A stretch of 64,000 nt of DNA from Alphaproteobacteria bacterium CG_4_9_14_3_um_filter_47_13 (GCA_002789675.1 PFTR01000117.1:38762-102761), one strand, 5' to 3'. Shown: positions 38,205 through 49,946, counted from the stretch's first letter. Notes: generated by a model from the sequence alone, not told the origin. Program-made: numbers and translations.

Positions 38205-39305
38205 ATGCCAGATAATAGCGATATGGAGCTGCTTGTAAAGCAGGAAGGTGCGGTTGTTCATGTGACCTTGAACAGGCCGGAAGTTCTGAATTCCTTAAGT
38301 CTTGAAATGATTCGCCTTCTTTCTGCGGGGCTGGCGCGGTGGGAGCAGGATGACACTGTCAAGGCTGTTTTTATAAAAGGAGCAGGGGATAAAGCTTTTT
38401 GTGCCGGCGGTGATGTTAAAAGTACCTATAGAACAGGGATGGCTTTCCGGCGCGGCGAGATAGATGAGAGTATCATCTCGCTTTTTTATGGCGAGGAATA
38501 TATTCTGAACCGCCGGATGTTCCATTATAAAAAGCCGCTTTTTGCTTTTATGAACGGTATTACGATGGGGGGCGGTTTTGGTATTGCCGGATCTTGCCGT
38601 TACCGCATCGCTTCGGAACGTACCGTATTTGCAATGCCGGAAACGGCTATAGGCTTTTTCCCCGATGTTGGAAGTATGTATTTTCTCAATCGCGCACCGG
38701 GTGAATCCGGCGCGTTTTTAACGCTAACAGGTGGTAAAATCGAGCCGGAAGACATGTTATTTTGCAGTTTTGCGACACATTATGTGCCGCTGGCACAGCA
38801 GAAAGATATGGAAAAAAAATTAGAGCGTGCTGTTCGCTCTGATTCTTCTAATGACCAGGAGAAATTGATTAAGGAAATTCTTGGTGTTTTTCACAATCCG
38901 ATAGAAAAAAAGGGAGCATTGCAGCAAAATATTGAAGTGATTAATGAATGCTTGAGAGGAGATGATGTGCAGGCTATTATGGAGACGCTGCGTAAAGCCG
39001 GAACTTCGTGGGCATTAGAGCAGGAAAAAACGATCAGGTCGCGTTCGCCACTAAGTCTGAAAGTGTCGCTGGCTCATTTGCGGCAGTCAAAAACAATGGA
39101 TTTTGATGCTGTGACCGCTCAGGATTTTATTTTGGCGCAGCGTTTTATGCGGGATCATGATTTTTACGAAGGGGTGCGTGCCGTCCTTGTTGATAAAGAT
39201 CACAAGCCGCAATGGGAGCCAAAGACACTGGATGATGTGAGTGAGGTGATGGTCGAGGATTATTTCAGGCCGGAAGGAATGGCTCTGGATGAAATGGCGG
39301 CGTGA
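38205..39305 (+). CDS. enoyl-CoA hydratase/isomerase family protein, 3-hydroxyisobutyryl-CoA hydrolase-like
   Basis: Crotonase fold (LNRPEVLNSLS, KAFCAGGDV) plus the ~100-aa C-terminal extension typical of HIBYL-CoA hydrolases. Start set at ATG 38205, because the track start at 38097 overlaps the hemB 5' end. Confidence 0.75.
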   Translation: MPDNSDMELLVKQEGAVVHVTLNRPEVLNSLSLEMIRLLSAGLARWEQDDTVKAVFIKGAGDKAFCAGGDVKSTYRTGMAFRRGEIDESIISLFYGEEYILNRRMFHYKKPLFAFMNGITMGGGFGIAGSCRYRIASERTVFAMPETAIGFFPDVGSMYFLNRAPGESGAFLTLTGGKIEPEDMLFCSFATHYVPLAQQKDMEKKLERAVRSDSSNDQEKLIKEILGVFHNPIEKKGALQQNIEVINECLRGDDVQAIMETLRKAGTSWALEQEKTIRSRSPLSLKVSLAHLRQSKTMDFDAVTAQDFILAQRFMRDHDFYEGVRAVLVDKDHKPQWEPKTLDDVSEVMVEDYFRPEGMALDEMAA

Positions 39306-39407
39306 TAAAAAACTGCTTGAGTCTTGTTTGTACTCTATTATGATCTTTGTTATATATTGTGAACGCTCCGGACTTCGTGTGAGCCATAGATTGATCGGGA
39401 ATGAAAC

Positions 39408-39878
39408 GTGATAGCGAATACGCCTTATTTTGAATCCATACAGATGATTGAACGTCTGCACCGTCATTTTCTTGATGTTTTGAAGGTGGAGCTTGACCGT
39501 AAAGGTATTCAGGATATTAACAACGTGCAGAGCATGATCCTGTATAATATCGGGACTGATGATTTGACAGTAGGGGAGCTTACGATCCGTGGTTATTATC
39601 TGGGCTCCAATGTTTCCTATAATGTCAAAAAAATGGTCGAGAACGGTTATCTGGCGCAGGAGCGTTCTGTCCATGACAAGCGCTCGATTCGCGTTAAGCT
39701 CTCTGATAAAGGGGTTGCCTTGCGCGATATTATTACAGCCATGTTCAATCGTCATGAATCAAAATTACAGGGAACGGCGCTGACCCATGAGCGTTTGGGT
39801 GAGCTGAACAAGATTATGCATCTGGTTGAACGCTTCTGGGCGGGTCAGACTGATTTCTCCGGTATAGGTTCAGAATAA
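39408..39878 (+). CDS. MarR-family winged-helix transcriptional regulator
   Basis: wHTH segment LTVGELTIRGYYLGSNVSYNVKKMVENGYLAQERSVHDKRSIRVKLSDKG. GTG start. Confidence 0.65.
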   Translation: MIANTPYFESIQMIERLHRHFLDVLKVELDRKGIQDINNVQSMILYNIGTDDLTVGELTIRGYYLGSNVSYNVKKMVENGYLAQERSVHDKRSIRVKLSDKGVALRDIITAMFNRHESKLQGTALTHERLGELNKIMHLVERFWAGQTDFSGIGSE

Positions 39879-39889
39879 GCTTCCCGGAT

Positions 39890-41077
39890 TCAAAAAAAGG
39901 CCTGGTGCCCTGTTTGCGCCCGTCCCAGAATAAGCGCATGGATATCATGGGTTCCTTCATAGGTATTGACGGCTTCCAGATTCATCATATGACGAATGAT
40001 ATGATATTCATCGGCGATTCCATTGCCTCCCAGCATATCCCGTGCCAGACGCGCAATATCCAGTGCTTTGCCACAATTATTGCGCTTGAGAAGGGAAATT
40101 GCTTCGGGCGCGGCGCGTTTTTGATCGCGCAACGTGCCGAGCCTGTGCGCACCATGTAGTCCCAATGTGATCTCGGTTTGCATATCGGCAAGTTTTTTCT
40201 GGATAAGTTGCTGGGCAGCTAAGGGTTTTCCGAAAACAACTCTTTCCATGACATAGTTGCGTGCGAGATGCCAGCAGGTTTCTGCTGCACCCATCGCGCC
40301 CCAGCTAATGCCATACCGGGCGCTGTTCAGGCATGAAAAAGGACCTGTCAAGCCGGAGATTTCAAGTTTGTTTTCTGCTGGTACAAAAACTTCATCCATC
40401 GCAATTCCGCCTGTAATGGACGCACGAAGGGAGAATTTCCCTTCAATTTTCGGAGCTGTGAGGCCTTCCATTCCTTTTTCAAGGAGAAGCCCTATAATTT
40501 TATCGTCATCATCTTTTGCCCACACGATAAAAACATCGGCAATCGGGGAATTGGTAATCCATTGTTTGCTGCCGGAAAGTTTAAAGCCGCCGGAAATGCT
40601 TTTGGCGCGGGTTTTTATGCCGTTGGGATCGGACCCGCCATCGGGTTCGGTCAGGCCGAAACATCCGATAAGATTTCCTGTGGCAAGGCCGGGTAAGTAT
40701 TTTTCTTTCTGTTGTTCTGTTCCGAAAGTATAAATTGGATACATAACGAGCGAGGATTGCACGGACATCGCGGAACGGTAGGAGGAATCAACGCGTTCGA
40801 CTTCACGGGCAATCAGGCCATAGGCAATTTGTGACACGGCAGGGCAGCCATATCCGTCAATAAAGGAGCCGAGCAGTCCGAGAGCGCCCATTTCTTTCAT
40901 AATGGCGGGATCAAAATGTTCATGGCGATTGGCTTCCAGAATGCGTGGCATGAGCTTATTCTGGCAATAATTATGGGCGGTATCGCGGATCATGCGCTCT
41001 TCTTCGCCGAGTAAATCCTCAAGATCAAGGGGGTCTTCCCATTTAAAGGCGGGTTTGAGAGTGTTTTTGGCAGACAT
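39890..41077 (-). CDS. gcdH: glutaryl-CoA dehydrogenase-like acyl-CoA dehydrogenase
   Basis: 395 aa ACAD. N-terminus [22 protein letters not shown] and C-terminus [17 protein letters not shown] are GcdH-like. Confidence 0.8.
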   Translation of the reverse strand: MSAKNTLKPAFKWEDPLDLEDLLGEEERMIRDTAHNYCQNKLMPRILEANRHEHFDPAIMKEMGALGLLGSFIDGYGCPAVSQIAYGLIAREVERVDSSYRSAMSVQSSLVMYPIYTFGTEQQKEKYLPGLATGNLIGCFGLTEPDGGSDPNGIKTRAKSISGGFKLSGSKQWITNSPIADVFIVWAKDDDDKIIGLLLEKGMEGLTAPKIEGKFSLRASITGGIAMDEVFVPAENKLEISGLTGPFSCLNSARYGISWGAMGAAETCWHLARNYVMERVVFGKPLAAQQLIQKKLADMQTEITLGLHGAHRLGTLRDQKRAAPEAISLLKRNNCGKALDIARLARDMLGGNGIADEYHIIRHMMNLEAVNTYEGTHDIHALILGRAQTGHQAFF

Positions 41078-41209
41078 TATTTTTCTCCTGTTGTTCAGTT
41101 TATCTTATCAGGAATTTTTCTGAGGACGAAGAGAGGAAGAAATATTTTTTTTCAAACCCTTGGTGTCTTCTGATCTTGATGGTAAAAATAATGCAGGAGT
41201 GTAAGGTTT

Positions 41210-41407
41210 ATGAAAGATTTATTGCAAGGACGTGAAGTTATTATTGAGTTTGCCCCTGTGGGCAATATTGTACGCGTGTCGGCAATGGACGTGAAAACAT
41301 TGACAGAGGCCATTACACAGGGACCCGCAAGCGCGGGAGAGGAGATGTTAAAGCGCAACGCCCTCAAGCGGTTGGAATATGTTCTTAAAAAGAAGGGATT
41401 GATTTAA
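41210..41407 (+). CDS. small hypothetical protein (65 aa)
   Basis: ORF only. Sits upstream of rpiB-glyA. Coding status unverified. Confidence 0.35.
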   Translation: MKDLLQGREVIIEFAPVGNIVRVSAMDVKTLTEAITQGPASAGEEMLKRNALKRLEYVLKKKGLI

Positions 41408-41454
41408 GGGGGCATAGGCTCTTATATTAGTGCCTCACAAAAAGGGGACAGGTT

Positions 41455-41886
41455 TTGAAAATTGTAATTGCATCGGATCATGCGGGTTTTGAGCTGAAAC
41501 AGGCGATCAAAAAGAATTTTACGGAAGGCTTTGAATGGCTGGATTTAGGAACGGATTCACTGGATTCTGTTGATTATCCTGATTTTGGTGAAGCCATGGC
41601 CAAGGCCATCAAGAATAAAGATGCCGAGCGCGGAATTATTGTCTGTGGTACAGGGATTGGTATTTCTATTGCTGCCAATCGATATGCCGCTGTGCGCGCC
41701 GCGCTTTGTACGAGTCCGGAGATGGCCGCACTTGCCAGAGAGCATAATGATGCCAATGTACTGGCGCTAGGCGCTAGAATTACAGGGTTTGACACGGCAA
41801 TGGACTGTGTTGACACGTTCATGAAAACGGACTTCGCCGGCGGACGGCATAAGCGCCGTATAGAGAAACTAGATCAGGGTTTATAA
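41455..41886 (+). CDS. rpiB: ribose-5-phosphate isomerase B
   Basis: [14 protein letters not shown] ... [18 protein letters not shown] start. Confidence 0.9.
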   Translation: MKIVIASDHAGFELKQAIKKNFTEGFEWLDLGTDSLDSVDYPDFGEAMAKAIKNKDAERGIIVCGTGIGISIAANRYAAVRAALCTSPEMAALAREHNDANVLALGARITGFDTAMDCVDTFMKTDFAGGRHKRRIEKLDQGL

Positions 41887-41911
41887 TTTTATTAAAAACA
41901 TCAAAAGAGGT

Positions 41912-43231
41912 ATGCAAATGATTGAAGCAGCAAGAAAAACAATACAGAACGATACGTCTGGTTTTTACAGTAATGGCTTAGAGACGGTAGACCCTGAGAT
42001 TTTTGATGCAATTGCGCATGAGCTTAAGAGGCAACATCAATATATCGAGTTAATTGCTTCGGAAAACATGACCTCTTATGCTGTTCTGGAGGCGCAGGGT
42101 AGTGTGATGACCAATAAATATGCGGAAGGTTATCCAGGGCGGCGCTACTATGGTGGTTGTGAATATGTTGATATTGCCGAAGAACTGGCGATTACGCGTG
42201 CGAAAAAGCTGTTCGGAGCCGACTTTGCCAATGTACAGCCGCATTCCGGATCGCAGGCCAATCAGGGCGTCATGCTGGCGCTTTTACAGCCGGGGGATAC
42301 CATTCTGGGGATGTCACTGGCAGCGGGCGGTCATTTAACCCATGGCGCGGCTCCCAATGAATCAGGAAAATGGTTTCATGCCATACAGTATGGAGTCCGT
42401 CGTGAGGATGCCTTGATTGACTATGACGAGGTTGAAAAGCTGGCGCAGGAGCATAAACCAAAAATGATTATCGCCGGGGCTTCGGCCTATCCACGGGTGA
42501 TTGACTGGAAGCGTTTTCGGGAGATTGCAGATCGTGTGGGCGCGTATCTGATGGTGGATATGGCTCATTATGCCGGATTGATTGCTGGCGGCGTTTATCC
42601 CAGCCCTGTGCCTCATGCCCATGTAACAACAACGACGACCCATAAAACACTGCGTGGTCCACGCGGAGGCCTGATTTTAACGAATGATGAAGGCATTGCC
42701 AAAAAGCTTAATTCAGCAATTTTTCCAGGATTGCAGGGAGGCCCTCTGATGCATGTGATTGCGGCGAAAGCGGTCTGTTTTGGTGAGGCATTAAAGCCGG
42801 ATTTTAAAGATTATGCACAAGCCGTTGCAGCCAATGCAAAAATTCTGGCGCAGACGATCAAACAAGGTGGGCTGGATATCGTGTCTGGTGGCACGGATAG
42901 TCATATTGTTTTAATGGATCTGCGTCCCAAAGGGTTGACAGGAAACATATCGGAAGTTGCACTCGAAAATGCGGGGATGACCTGTAACAAGAATGCCGTG
43001 CCGTTTGATCCCGAAAAGCCGATGGTGTCCAGTGGTATTCGTCTGGGATCGCCTGCAGCAACGACACGTGGTTTTGGTCAGGAGGAGTTTCGGCAGGTTG
43101 GCGAGATGATAGTAACGGTTCTCGATGGTCTGGCAGCCAATGGCGCAGAAGGCAATGCTGCGCTTGAGCGCGATATTTGGGGTAAAGTTCAGGCGTTGTG
43201 TGACCGCTTTCCAACATATAGCGTATCATAA
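41912..43231 (+). CDS. glyA: serine hydroxymethyltransferase
   Basis: [17 protein letters not shown]-lysine motif. Confidence 0.95.
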   Translation: MQMIEAARKTIQNDTSGFYSNGLETVDPEIFDAIAHELKRQHQYIELIASENMTSYAVLEAQGSVMTNKYAEGYPGRRYYGGCEYVDIAEELAITRAKKLFGADFANVQPHSGSQANQGVMLALLQPGDTILGMSLAAGGHLTHGAAPNESGKWFHAIQYGVRREDALIDYDEVEKLAQEHKPKMIIAGASAYPRVIDWKRFREIADRVGAYLMVDMAHYAGLIAGGVYPSPVPHAHVTTTTTHKTLRGPRGGLILTNDEGIAKKLNSAIFPGLQGGPLMHVIAAKAVCFGEALKPDFKDYAQAVAANAKILAQTIKQGGLDIVSGGTDSHIVLMDLRPKGLTGNISEVALENAGMTCNKNAVPFDPEKPMVSSGIRLGSPAATTRGFGQEEFRQVGEMIVTVLDGLAANGAEGNAALERDIWGKVQALCDRFPTYSVS

Positions 43232-43234
43232 ACG

Positions 43235-43711
43235 ATGCGGTGCCCTTTTTGCAGCAGTGAGGATAGCCAGGTTAAGGATTCCCGTCCAACTGAGGATAAT
43301 TCTGCCATTCGCCGTCGCCGTTCTTGTCCGGATTGCGGCGCACGGTTTACTACATTCGAGCGTGTACAATTACGTGAGATGACGGTGCTGAAAGCCGGAG
43401 ACAGGCGACAGCCTTTTGATCGGGACAAGCTGATCAAATCGATGCAGATTGCATTGAGAAAAAGACCCGTAGAGCTTGAACAAATTGAAAAATCTGCGAA
43501 TTCAATTGTCCGGCAACTTGAGAGTATGGGCGAGTCCGAGGTTGCCTCGGAGCAGATCGGCGAGATGGTTATGAAGGCTTTGGCGCGTTTGGATACGGTG
43601 GCCTATATCCGTTTTGCTTCTGTTTACAAGGATTTTAGCAAACCTGAGGATTTTAATGATCTTCTGGAAGAAATGGAAGTCTTGCAACAGGGGCAGGTTT
43701 CGGCAGAATAA
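43235..43711 (+). CDS. nrdR: transcriptional repressor NrdR
   Basis: Zinc ribbon [17 protein letters not shown]...[12 protein letters not shown] followed by an ATP-cone. Confidence 0.95.
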   Translation: MRCPFCSSEDSQVKDSRPTEDNSAIRRRRSCPDCGARFTTFERVQLREMTVLKAGDRRQPFDRDKLIKSMQIALRKRPVELEQIEKSANSIVRQLESMGESEVASEQIGEMVMKALARLDTVAYIRFASVYKDFSKPEDFNDLLEEMEVLQQGQVSAE

Positions 43712-44295
43712 ATTATTTCTGTTTTATATCAAAGGGTTATTTTTTTATTTATTTTTCTGCACAGGTCAAAAATCTCTGATTTTTCTGAGCCTTTACCGAG
43801 GGCTATATTGGGTTGATTTTCGGTTCAAATGACTGTGAGAAACAATAACAGAGTTTTGTATTTGATCTCTTTTAGGGGTGATTTTAAGAAAAATTGTTTA
43901 AGTAAAACAGTTTCACTGACACGGCTCTATCAGTCTAATAATCTCTTTTTTTTAATGCAAAAATAGTCAAAATTTATGAATTTTCTTTAAAGTAAGTTAT
44001 TACAGCATGTTAGCAGAATTGCAATAAATACGAAAAATAAATATAAAGCAGCTATTTGATGCGTTTTTAATGAAATTTCGGTTTTTTAGTAGGTCATGGC
44101 GTTCTTTTCTCATTATTTTGCATCTGTTTTAACTTCATATTGAGACGATAAGCGATCTTTGATCCTTATATGGGTAAGAAGGTGACGCGGTCAGTGATTT
44201 GTAGAAACAAACTCTCAAATGAGAGGATGAAATCTCATATTCCTTTTTTGCTGTAAAAACAGGGAAAATATGCTATCGATCCTTATCATTTCAAA

Positions 44296-44796
44296 ATGGC
44301 AGGAACAATGACTCAAAAGAAAAAGATGACGGGATCGAAAATCAGTCGCAAGAGCGCAGCGCGACTTGCCGCCGTGCAGGCGGTATACCAGATGAGAGCC
44401 AATGGCCAGAAAGCGGCAGATGTGATCGGGGAATATAAAATCCATCGTTTGGGAAAGCCGGTAGACGGCTATGACATGGTGTCACCGGATGATGATCTCT
44501 TTGCCGGTATTGTTAGCGGCGTCGAGGAAAGATCAGACGCTTTAAAAGAGGTCATTGATGCGTCTTTGTCAGCGCGGAATGATGCCAAAACAAGCCATAG
44601 ACTTGAAACACTGGAACAGCTTCTGGGGAGCATTCTGCTTTGCGGCTCTTTTGAGTTACTGGCGCATAAGGAGATTGATGCGCCGATTGTTATTGCAGAT
44701 TATCTTGAAGTGACCCATTCCTTTTATGAAGGTGGGGAGCCAAAATTAATCAATGGTGTTCTTGACAGGGTCAAGACATCTTTTCGTGGATCGTAA
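44296..44796 (+). CDS. nusB: transcription antitermination factor NusB
   Basis: AARLAAVQAVYQM and the C-terminal LINGVLD motif. The start may instead be Met at 44308. Confidence 0.85.
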   Translation: MAGTMTQKKKMTGSKISRKSAARLAAVQAVYQMRANGQKAADVIGEYKIHRLGKPVDGYDMVSPDDDLFAGIVSGVEERSDALKEVIDASLSARNDAKTSHRLETLEQLLGSILLCGSFELLAHKEIDAPIVIADYLEVTHSFYEGGEPKLINGVLDRVKTSFRGS

Positions 44797-44807
44797 AGGG
44801 GCTGAAA

Positions 44808-45659
44808 ATGAGCATTCATAAATCCGGTATCAAACGTAAGACAGTAACGGATATTTTGTGCCAGAAAGGGCAGGAGCCGCTTGTCTGCCTGACAGCCTAT
44901 ACCGCGCCGATGGCACGGATTGCAGATCAGGTGGCTGATCTGGTTCTTGTGGGGGATAGCCTGGGAATGGTTCTTTACGGCATGGAAAGTACGGTGCCGG
45001 TGACACTTGAGATGATGGTTGCTCATGGCCGCGCCGTTGTTTTAGCAAGCGCACGGGCGCTGATTGTTATTGATATGCCTTTTGGATACTATCAGGAAGG
45101 AAAAGAGCAGGCTTTCCGTAGTGCTGCAATTTTAATGAAGGAAACAGGAGCCTCTGCGGTTAAACTGGAAGGCGGAGCAGAAATGGCCGAAACGGCAGCT
45201 TTCTTGACAGCGCGCGGTATTGCCGTGATGGGGCATATCGGTTTACAGCCGCAATCGGTTCATACATCCGGCGGCTATAGGGTCACAGGACATGATGAGC
45301 CGGAGCAGAACAGGATCATGAATGACGCGCAGGCACTCACGAAGGCGGGTGTTTTTAGCATTGTTCTTGAATGTATGAATCCGGTTCTGGCGCAGGAAAT
45401 AACGGCCAGAATTATGGTTCCAACGATAGGGATCGGCGCGTCATCGTCGTGTGACGGGCAAATTCTGGTCACAGAGGATATGATCGGTTTATCGGGTCAT
45501 ACTGTGCCAAAATTTGTCAAGCAATATGCCGATCTTGGTCGTGAGCTTGAAAAGGCCGTTCATTGCTATGCAAACGAAGTTCGCGCACGGGTGTTCCCGG
45601 ATGAGGATCATATTTATACAAAAACAAACCCTGTCAAGAAGCTTACCACAGTTTCCTGA
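44808..45659 (+). CDS. panB: 3-methyl-2-oxobutanoate hydroxymethyltransferase
   Basis: LTAYTAPMA...VGDSLGMV...VKLEGG pattern. Confidence 0.9.
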   Translation: MSIHKSGIKRKTVTDILCQKGQEPLVCLTAYTAPMARIADQVADLVLVGDSLGMVLYGMESTVPVTLEMMVAHGRAVVLASARALIVIDMPFGYYQEGKEQAFRSAAILMKETGASAVKLEGGAEMAETAAFLTARGIAVMGHIGLQPQSVHTSGGYRVTGHDEPEQNRIMNDAQALTKAGVFSIVLECMNPVLAQEITARIMVPTIGIGASSSCDGQILVTEDMIGLSGHTVPKFVKQYADLGRELEKAVHCYANEVRARVFPDEDHIYTKTNPVKKLTTVS

Positions 45660-45798
45660 CGGATTTTATTTTTAAATTTTGAAATAAATTTATCTCAAAT
45701 AGTATCTTTCCCTAATATTTTATTAAGCAGCCTCTGTTATTCTGGATAAGGTAAAGGGGTTTACATCACTATTCTGGTGCTTATTTTTTGGGGCGTTC

Positions 45799-46287
45799 AT
45801 GAAACTTGCGTTTCTGGCATTGTTGGCAATACTTATTCTGGGCGGAGGCGGCGCAGGGGCTTATTTCTATTTCCAGCAACCCGCTCAGGCTTCGGTTGGC
45901 GAGACCGAAGAACATACGCAAGCCAAAGAAAAATCATCCAGCACGCATGGAAAAGAAGACGCTGAGCATAGTCTGTTTGTCGAGCTTGATCCTCTAATTC
46001 TTCCGATTGTGGATAATAACGGGGTAAGCCAGATTATAAATATCGTGATTATGATTGAGGTGACAGGCGATAAGAACAAAGATTTGGTACAAAATCTACA
46101 GCCGCGTTTAAAAGATGCCTATATACAGGAGTTATATGGTGTTCTGAACAAACATGCAGCGTTGCAGGGCGGGGTTCTTCAGGTGGGAATGATTAAGGAG
46201 CGTCTGGGGACAATTAGTAACAGGGTTCTTGGAGAGGGTGTTGTCAATGATGTCCTGCTTCAGGTCGTGCAGCAGCGCCCTATATAA
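45799..46287 (+). CDS. fliL: flagellar basal body-associated protein FliL
   Basis: Single N-terminal TM helix, then ...FVELDPLILPI....... and ...LKDAYIQELY... typical of FliL. 162 aa. Confidence 0.65.
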   Translation: MKLAFLALLAILILGGGGAGAYFYFQQPAQASVGETEEHTQAKEKSSSTHGKEDAEHSLFVELDPLILPIVDNNGVSQIINIVIMIEVTGDKNKDLVQNLQPRLKDAYIQELYGVLNKHAALQGGVLQVGMIKERLGTISNRVLGEGVVNDVLLQVVQQRPI

Positions 46288-46319
46288 ATGTAAAATAACG
46301 GTAATGCTTTATGTCTTGA

Positions 46320-46350
46320 TGCCCGGTTTTTCCGGGCATTTTTCATTTTT
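46320..46350 (+). terminator. intrinsic terminator after fliL
   Basis: TGCCCGG-TTTTT-CCGGGCA followed by TTTTTCATTTTTTT. Confidence 0.7.
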
Positions 46351-46469
46351 TTGCTGAAAAAAGGAAAAACTGGAAAGAAGAAGCTTGCCTTACGTCGTAT
46401 AATTGTGCATTTTCTACCGACTTTGGCTGGAGCTTTCCTGACAAATCCAAGGAAACCGAGAGGGGATAT

Positions 46470-48581
46470 ATGATGATTGAAACGTATCTAATGGTGTTAT
46501 GTGCCGGCGTATTGGCTCTGATTTACGGGCAGTATACGGCACGGAAAATTATGGCGTATGATGCCGGAAACGAGCGGATGCAAGAGATTGCCGCTGCTAT
46601 TCAGGAAGGCGCGATGGCCTATCTGAACCGTCAATATACAACAATTGCGATTGTTGGCGTAGTGGTAACAGCCTTGCTGTTTCTGTTATTGGGATGGCAT
46701 GTGGCTGTAGGTTTTGTGATTGGCTCTGTATTGTCAGGGATTGCCGGCTATGTCGGCATGAATGTCTCTGTACGTGCGAATGTTCGGACGACGCAGGCAG
46801 CAAGAACATCTCTTGCACTGGCGCTGGATGTCGCCTTCAAGTCAGGGGCTGTGACAGGAATGCTGGTTGTCGGTCTGGGGCTGCTGGGCGTGGGTGTCTA
46901 TTATATGACCCTGTCATCTATGGGTCTTGAGACACGGGCGATCCTTGAAGGACTTATCGGGCTGAGTTTTGGTGCATCCCTGATTTCGATCTTTGCCCGT
47001 CTGGGCGGCGGTATTTTTACAAAAGGTGCGGATGTCGGCGGGGACATGGTCGGCAAGGTAGAAGCAGGTATTCCAGAGGATGATCCACGCAACCCGGCTA
47101 CAATTGCCGATAATGTGGGCGATAATGTGGGAGACTGTGCCGGCATGGCGGCTGACCTTTTTGAAACCTATGCCGTGACTGTTGTTGCCACGATGCTTAT
47201 TGCATCAAGCACTTTTGCTACAGCAATGGTCGTGCCGATGATGATGCTTCCCTTGATGATCGGGGCGCTTTGTATTCTGGCTTCAATTGCGGGCACGTTT
47301 TTCGTCCGGCTCGATAAAGGCAGTACGAATATCATGCGGGCTCTTTATAAAGGCTTTTTCGCAAGCGCGCTGTTTTCAGGCATTCTGATTGCGATGATGC
47401 TGGCGAATTTCAATGTTTATAGCCCGATTGAACTGGCCAATGGCGAGTTTATCAATTGCGTGAAACTATTCTGGTGCGTGCTCACAGGCCTGTTTGTGAC
47501 AGGATTGCTGATCTGGATTACCGAATATTACACGGGAACAAATTACCGTCCGGTGAAAGAAGTCGCAAAAGCGTCAGAAACGGGTCATGGAACCAACGTG
47601 ATCCAGGGGCTTGCCATTTCGATGGAAGCAACAGCCCTGCCGGTGATCGTGATCTGCGGCGGTATCTTTGTTGCATACTCTCAGGCCGGACTATTTGGTA
47701 TTGCGATTGCGGCAACAACGATGCTGTCTCTGGCCGGAATGGTTGTGGCGCTTGATGCTTATGGTCCGGTCACGGATAATGCCGGTGGCATTGCCGAAAT
47801 GGCTGATCTGCCGAAAAACGTCCGGGAAACAACGGATGCGCTGGATGCTGTCGGTAATACGACCAAAGCTGTAACCAAAGGTTATGCCATTGGGTCTGCG
47901 GGTCTGGCGGCACTGGTTCTGTTTGCAGCCTATACCGAAGAGATCAAACATTATTTTGCGGATATTCCGGCGCTGGCGAACATTACATTCCCGTTGCAGG
48001 ATCCGTTTGTGGTGATTGGTCTGTTCATCGGCGGGATGCTTCCTTATCTGTTTGGCGCGCTTTCCATGAAAGCGGTTGGCCGTGCGGCAGCCAGTGTTGT
48101 GGTTGAGGTACGCCGTCAGTTCCGTGAGATACCGGGAATTATGGAGGGGACAACCAAGCCTGAATACGGTAAGGCTGTTGATCTTCTGACCCGCGCAGCG
48201 ATCAAGGAAATGATTATACCGTCTTTGTTGCCGATTGTTGTGCCTGTCGTGTTGTTTGGCGCAGTCTGGCTGGTCACAGGGTCTTATGTTCCGGCGTTTC
48301 AGTCTCTGGGCGCGATGTTGCTGGGAACGATTGTGACGGGTCTTTTTGTCGCCATTTCCATGACTTCAGGCGGCGGTTGCTGGGATAATGCCAAGAAGCT
48401 GATTGAAGACGGTCATCACGGTGGCAAAGGTTCGGAAGCTCATAAAGCTGCCGTAACAGGTGATACAGTTGGTGACCCGTATAAAGATACGGCTGGCCCT
48501 GCTGTGAACCCGCTGATTAAAATCGTGAATATCGTTGCGATTTTGTTGGTGGCGATTGTTGCAAAGTTTCTGGTAGGCTGA
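46470..48581 (+). CDS. hppA: membrane-bound proton/sodium-translocating pyrophosphatase
   Basis: [19 protein letters not shown] and [13 protein letters not shown] motifs. 703 aa. Confidence 0.95.
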   Translation: MMIETYLMVLCAGVLALIYGQYTARKIMAYDAGNERMQEIAAAIQEGAMAYLNRQYTTIAIVGVVVTALLFLLLGWHVAVGFVIGSVLSGIAGYVGMNVSVRANVRTTQAARTSLALALDVAFKSGAVTGMLVVGLGLLGVGVYYMTLSSMGLETRAILEGLIGLSFGASLISIFARLGGGIFTKGADVGGDMVGKVEAGIPEDDPRNPATIADNVGDNVGDCAGMAADLFETYAVTVVATMLIASSTFATAMVVPMMMLPLMIGALCILASIAGTFFVRLDKGSTNIMRALYKGFFASALFSGILIAMMLANFNVYSPIELANGEFINCVKLFWCVLTGLFVTGLLIWITEYYTGTNYRPVKEVAKASETGHGTNVIQGLAISMEATALPVIVICGGIFVAYSQAGLFGIAIAATTMLSLAGMVVALDAYGPVTDNAGGIAEMADLPKNVRETTDALDAVGNTTKAVTKGYAIGSAGLAALVLFAAYTEEIKHYFADIPALANITFPLQDPFVVIGLFIGGMLPYLFGALSMKAVGRAAASVVVEVRRQFREIPGIMEGTTKPEYGKAVDLLTRAAIKEMIIPSLLPIVVPVVLFGAVWLVTGSYVPAFQSLGAMLLGTIVTGLFVAISMTSGGGCWDNAKKLIEDGHHGGKGSEAHKAAVTGDTVGDPYKDTAGPAVNPLIKIVNIVAILLVAIVAKFLVG

Positions 48582-48606
48582 TATTTGACGCAGAAATGAT
48601 TTAAAA

Positions 48607-48633
48607 AGCCCTGCCGATGCAGGGCTTTTTTAT
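48607..48633 (+). terminator. intrinsic terminator after hppA
   Basis: AGCCCTGC-CGAT-GCAGGGCT followed by TTTTTTATT. Confidence 0.8.
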
Positions 48634-48647
48634 TGCTTGATAACAGG

Positions 48648-49940
48648 ATGTGCAAAATGAATACAGAATTTGATATTAAAATCGAGAGACTGGGTCTGAA
48701 GGGAGATGGTATAGGAACTTTGGAGGATGGACGGCGGGTGTTTGTTTCTGGTGTTTTATCCGGCGAGAAAGTGCATGTGCGTTTTGTTTCGGAAAAACCG
48801 GAAGGGGCGATGGCAAAGCTTGTCCGTATTTTAGAGCCCTCATTGCAACGTATTGAGGCTCCCTGTCTGTATTTCGGCCAGTGTGGTGGCTGCGCGCTTC
48901 AGCATATGAATGTACAGTCCTATAGGGATTTTAAGACAGAGCGCGTCAAACAGGCTCTCTTAGGGGCAGGAATAAAGAGGGAGGTGGACGAGTTATTCGT
49001 TAGTCCTTCTTATCGCCGTCGCCGTGCTGTCCTGTCGGCAAAATGCACGGAAAAAGGATCGGTGCAGATCGGGTTTAATGAAAGAGCAAGCCATACTCTG
49101 GTAGAAATTGACTCCTGTTTTGTCCTGAGACCCGCTTTAATGGCGGTGGTTCCTTATTTACGGCTGTTTCTGCCACGTCTTATGACACAAGGGGAGTGTT
49201 ATGATGTGGCAATTGCCGAATCAGAAGGTCTGGTTGAGATGCTGATTATAGTTCTGGGAAAACAGGAAAAGAAGCTTCGTAAGGAAGATAAAGCTATTTT
49301 GTATGAATTATCTGTGGCTTCTGCCGTGGCAAGATTGTCGTGGCAGGCATCAGAGAGAAAAGCAGCGGAAGTTCTTTTCAAGCAGGAGGATTATGTGGTT
49401 CGATTGGGCAGTTTTTCTGTTCAGCCGCCTCCCGGAGGATTTTTGCAGGCGACAGAAGAGGGGCAGGAGGCGCTGACGTCGTTTGCGGTGGCGGGACTTT
49501 CCCGGAAAAGCCGTGTGGCTGATTTATATGCCGGATGCGGTACCTTTACATTTTCTTTGCTGGATCAGGGACATCGCGTTGATTCGTTTGAAGGAAACAA
49601 GGCTGCTCTCGATTCTTTAACACAGGCGGGAAAAGGAGATTCGAGAGTGCAGTCCTATCAGCGCGATTTGGTGAAAGAGCCGCTGACCTTTCAGGAGCTG
49701 AAAATTTATGATGCTGTTGTTATTGACCCCCCAAGGGTGGGAGCGCTGCGGCAAATGGAAGAAATCGGACGATCTTCCGTCTCAAAAGTCATTAGTATTT
49801 CCTGTAACCCCGACAGCTTTGCCCGTGACGCAAAGATTTTGGTGCAAAATGGGTTCATCTTGAAGCGTTTGAAGGTCGTGGATCAGTTTTTATGGTCACC
49901 TCATGTTGAAGTGGCAGGATTATTTGTGCGGCGGAGATAG
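48648..49940 (+). CDS. class I SAM-dependent RNA (uracil-5-)-methyltransferase, RumA/TrmA family
   Basis: TRAM-like N-terminus, Fe-S Cys cluster CLYFGQCGGCALQH, and a C-terminal methyltransferase fold (DLYAGCGTF, VIDPPR). Start at ATG 48648 or 48657. Confidence 0.8.
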   Translation: MCKMNTEFDIKIERLGLKGDGIGTLEDGRRVFVSGVLSGEKVHVRFVSEKPEGAMAKLVRILEPSLQRIEAPCLYFGQCGGCALQHMNVQSYRDFKTERVKQALLGAGIKREVDELFVSPSYRRRRAVLSAKCTEKGSVQIGFNERASHTLVEIDSCFVLRPALMAVVPYLRLFLPRLMTQGECYDVAIAESEGLVEMLIIVLGKQEKKLRKEDKAILYELSVASAVARLSWQASERKAAEVLFKQEDYVVRLGSFSVQPPPGGFLQATEEGQEALTSFAVAGLSRKSRVADLYAGCGTFTFSLLDQGHRVDSFEGNKAALDSLTQAGKGDSRVQSYQRDLVKEPLTFQELKIYDAVVIDPPRVGALRQMEEIGRSSVSKVISISCNPDSFARDAKILVQNGFILKRLKVVDQFLWSPHVEVAGLFVRRR

Positions 49941-49946
49941 CATCTC

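Noticed and set aside
39087-39755. 222-aa minus-strand ORF spanning the 3' end of the hydrolase gene, the intergenic region and most of the MarR gene.
   Set aside because: It crosses two well-supported plus-strand genes and an intergenic spacer. Its sequence has no recognisable features. Treated as a shadow ORF.
43614-44445. Track ORFs 43614..43832 (+) and 44215..44445 (-) in the nrdR-nusB gap.
   Set aside because: Each mostly overlaps the end of nrdR or the start of nusB in another frame. Their products are low-complexity and F/L/I-rich, reflecting AT-rich DNA. No Shine-Dalgarno sequence is present.
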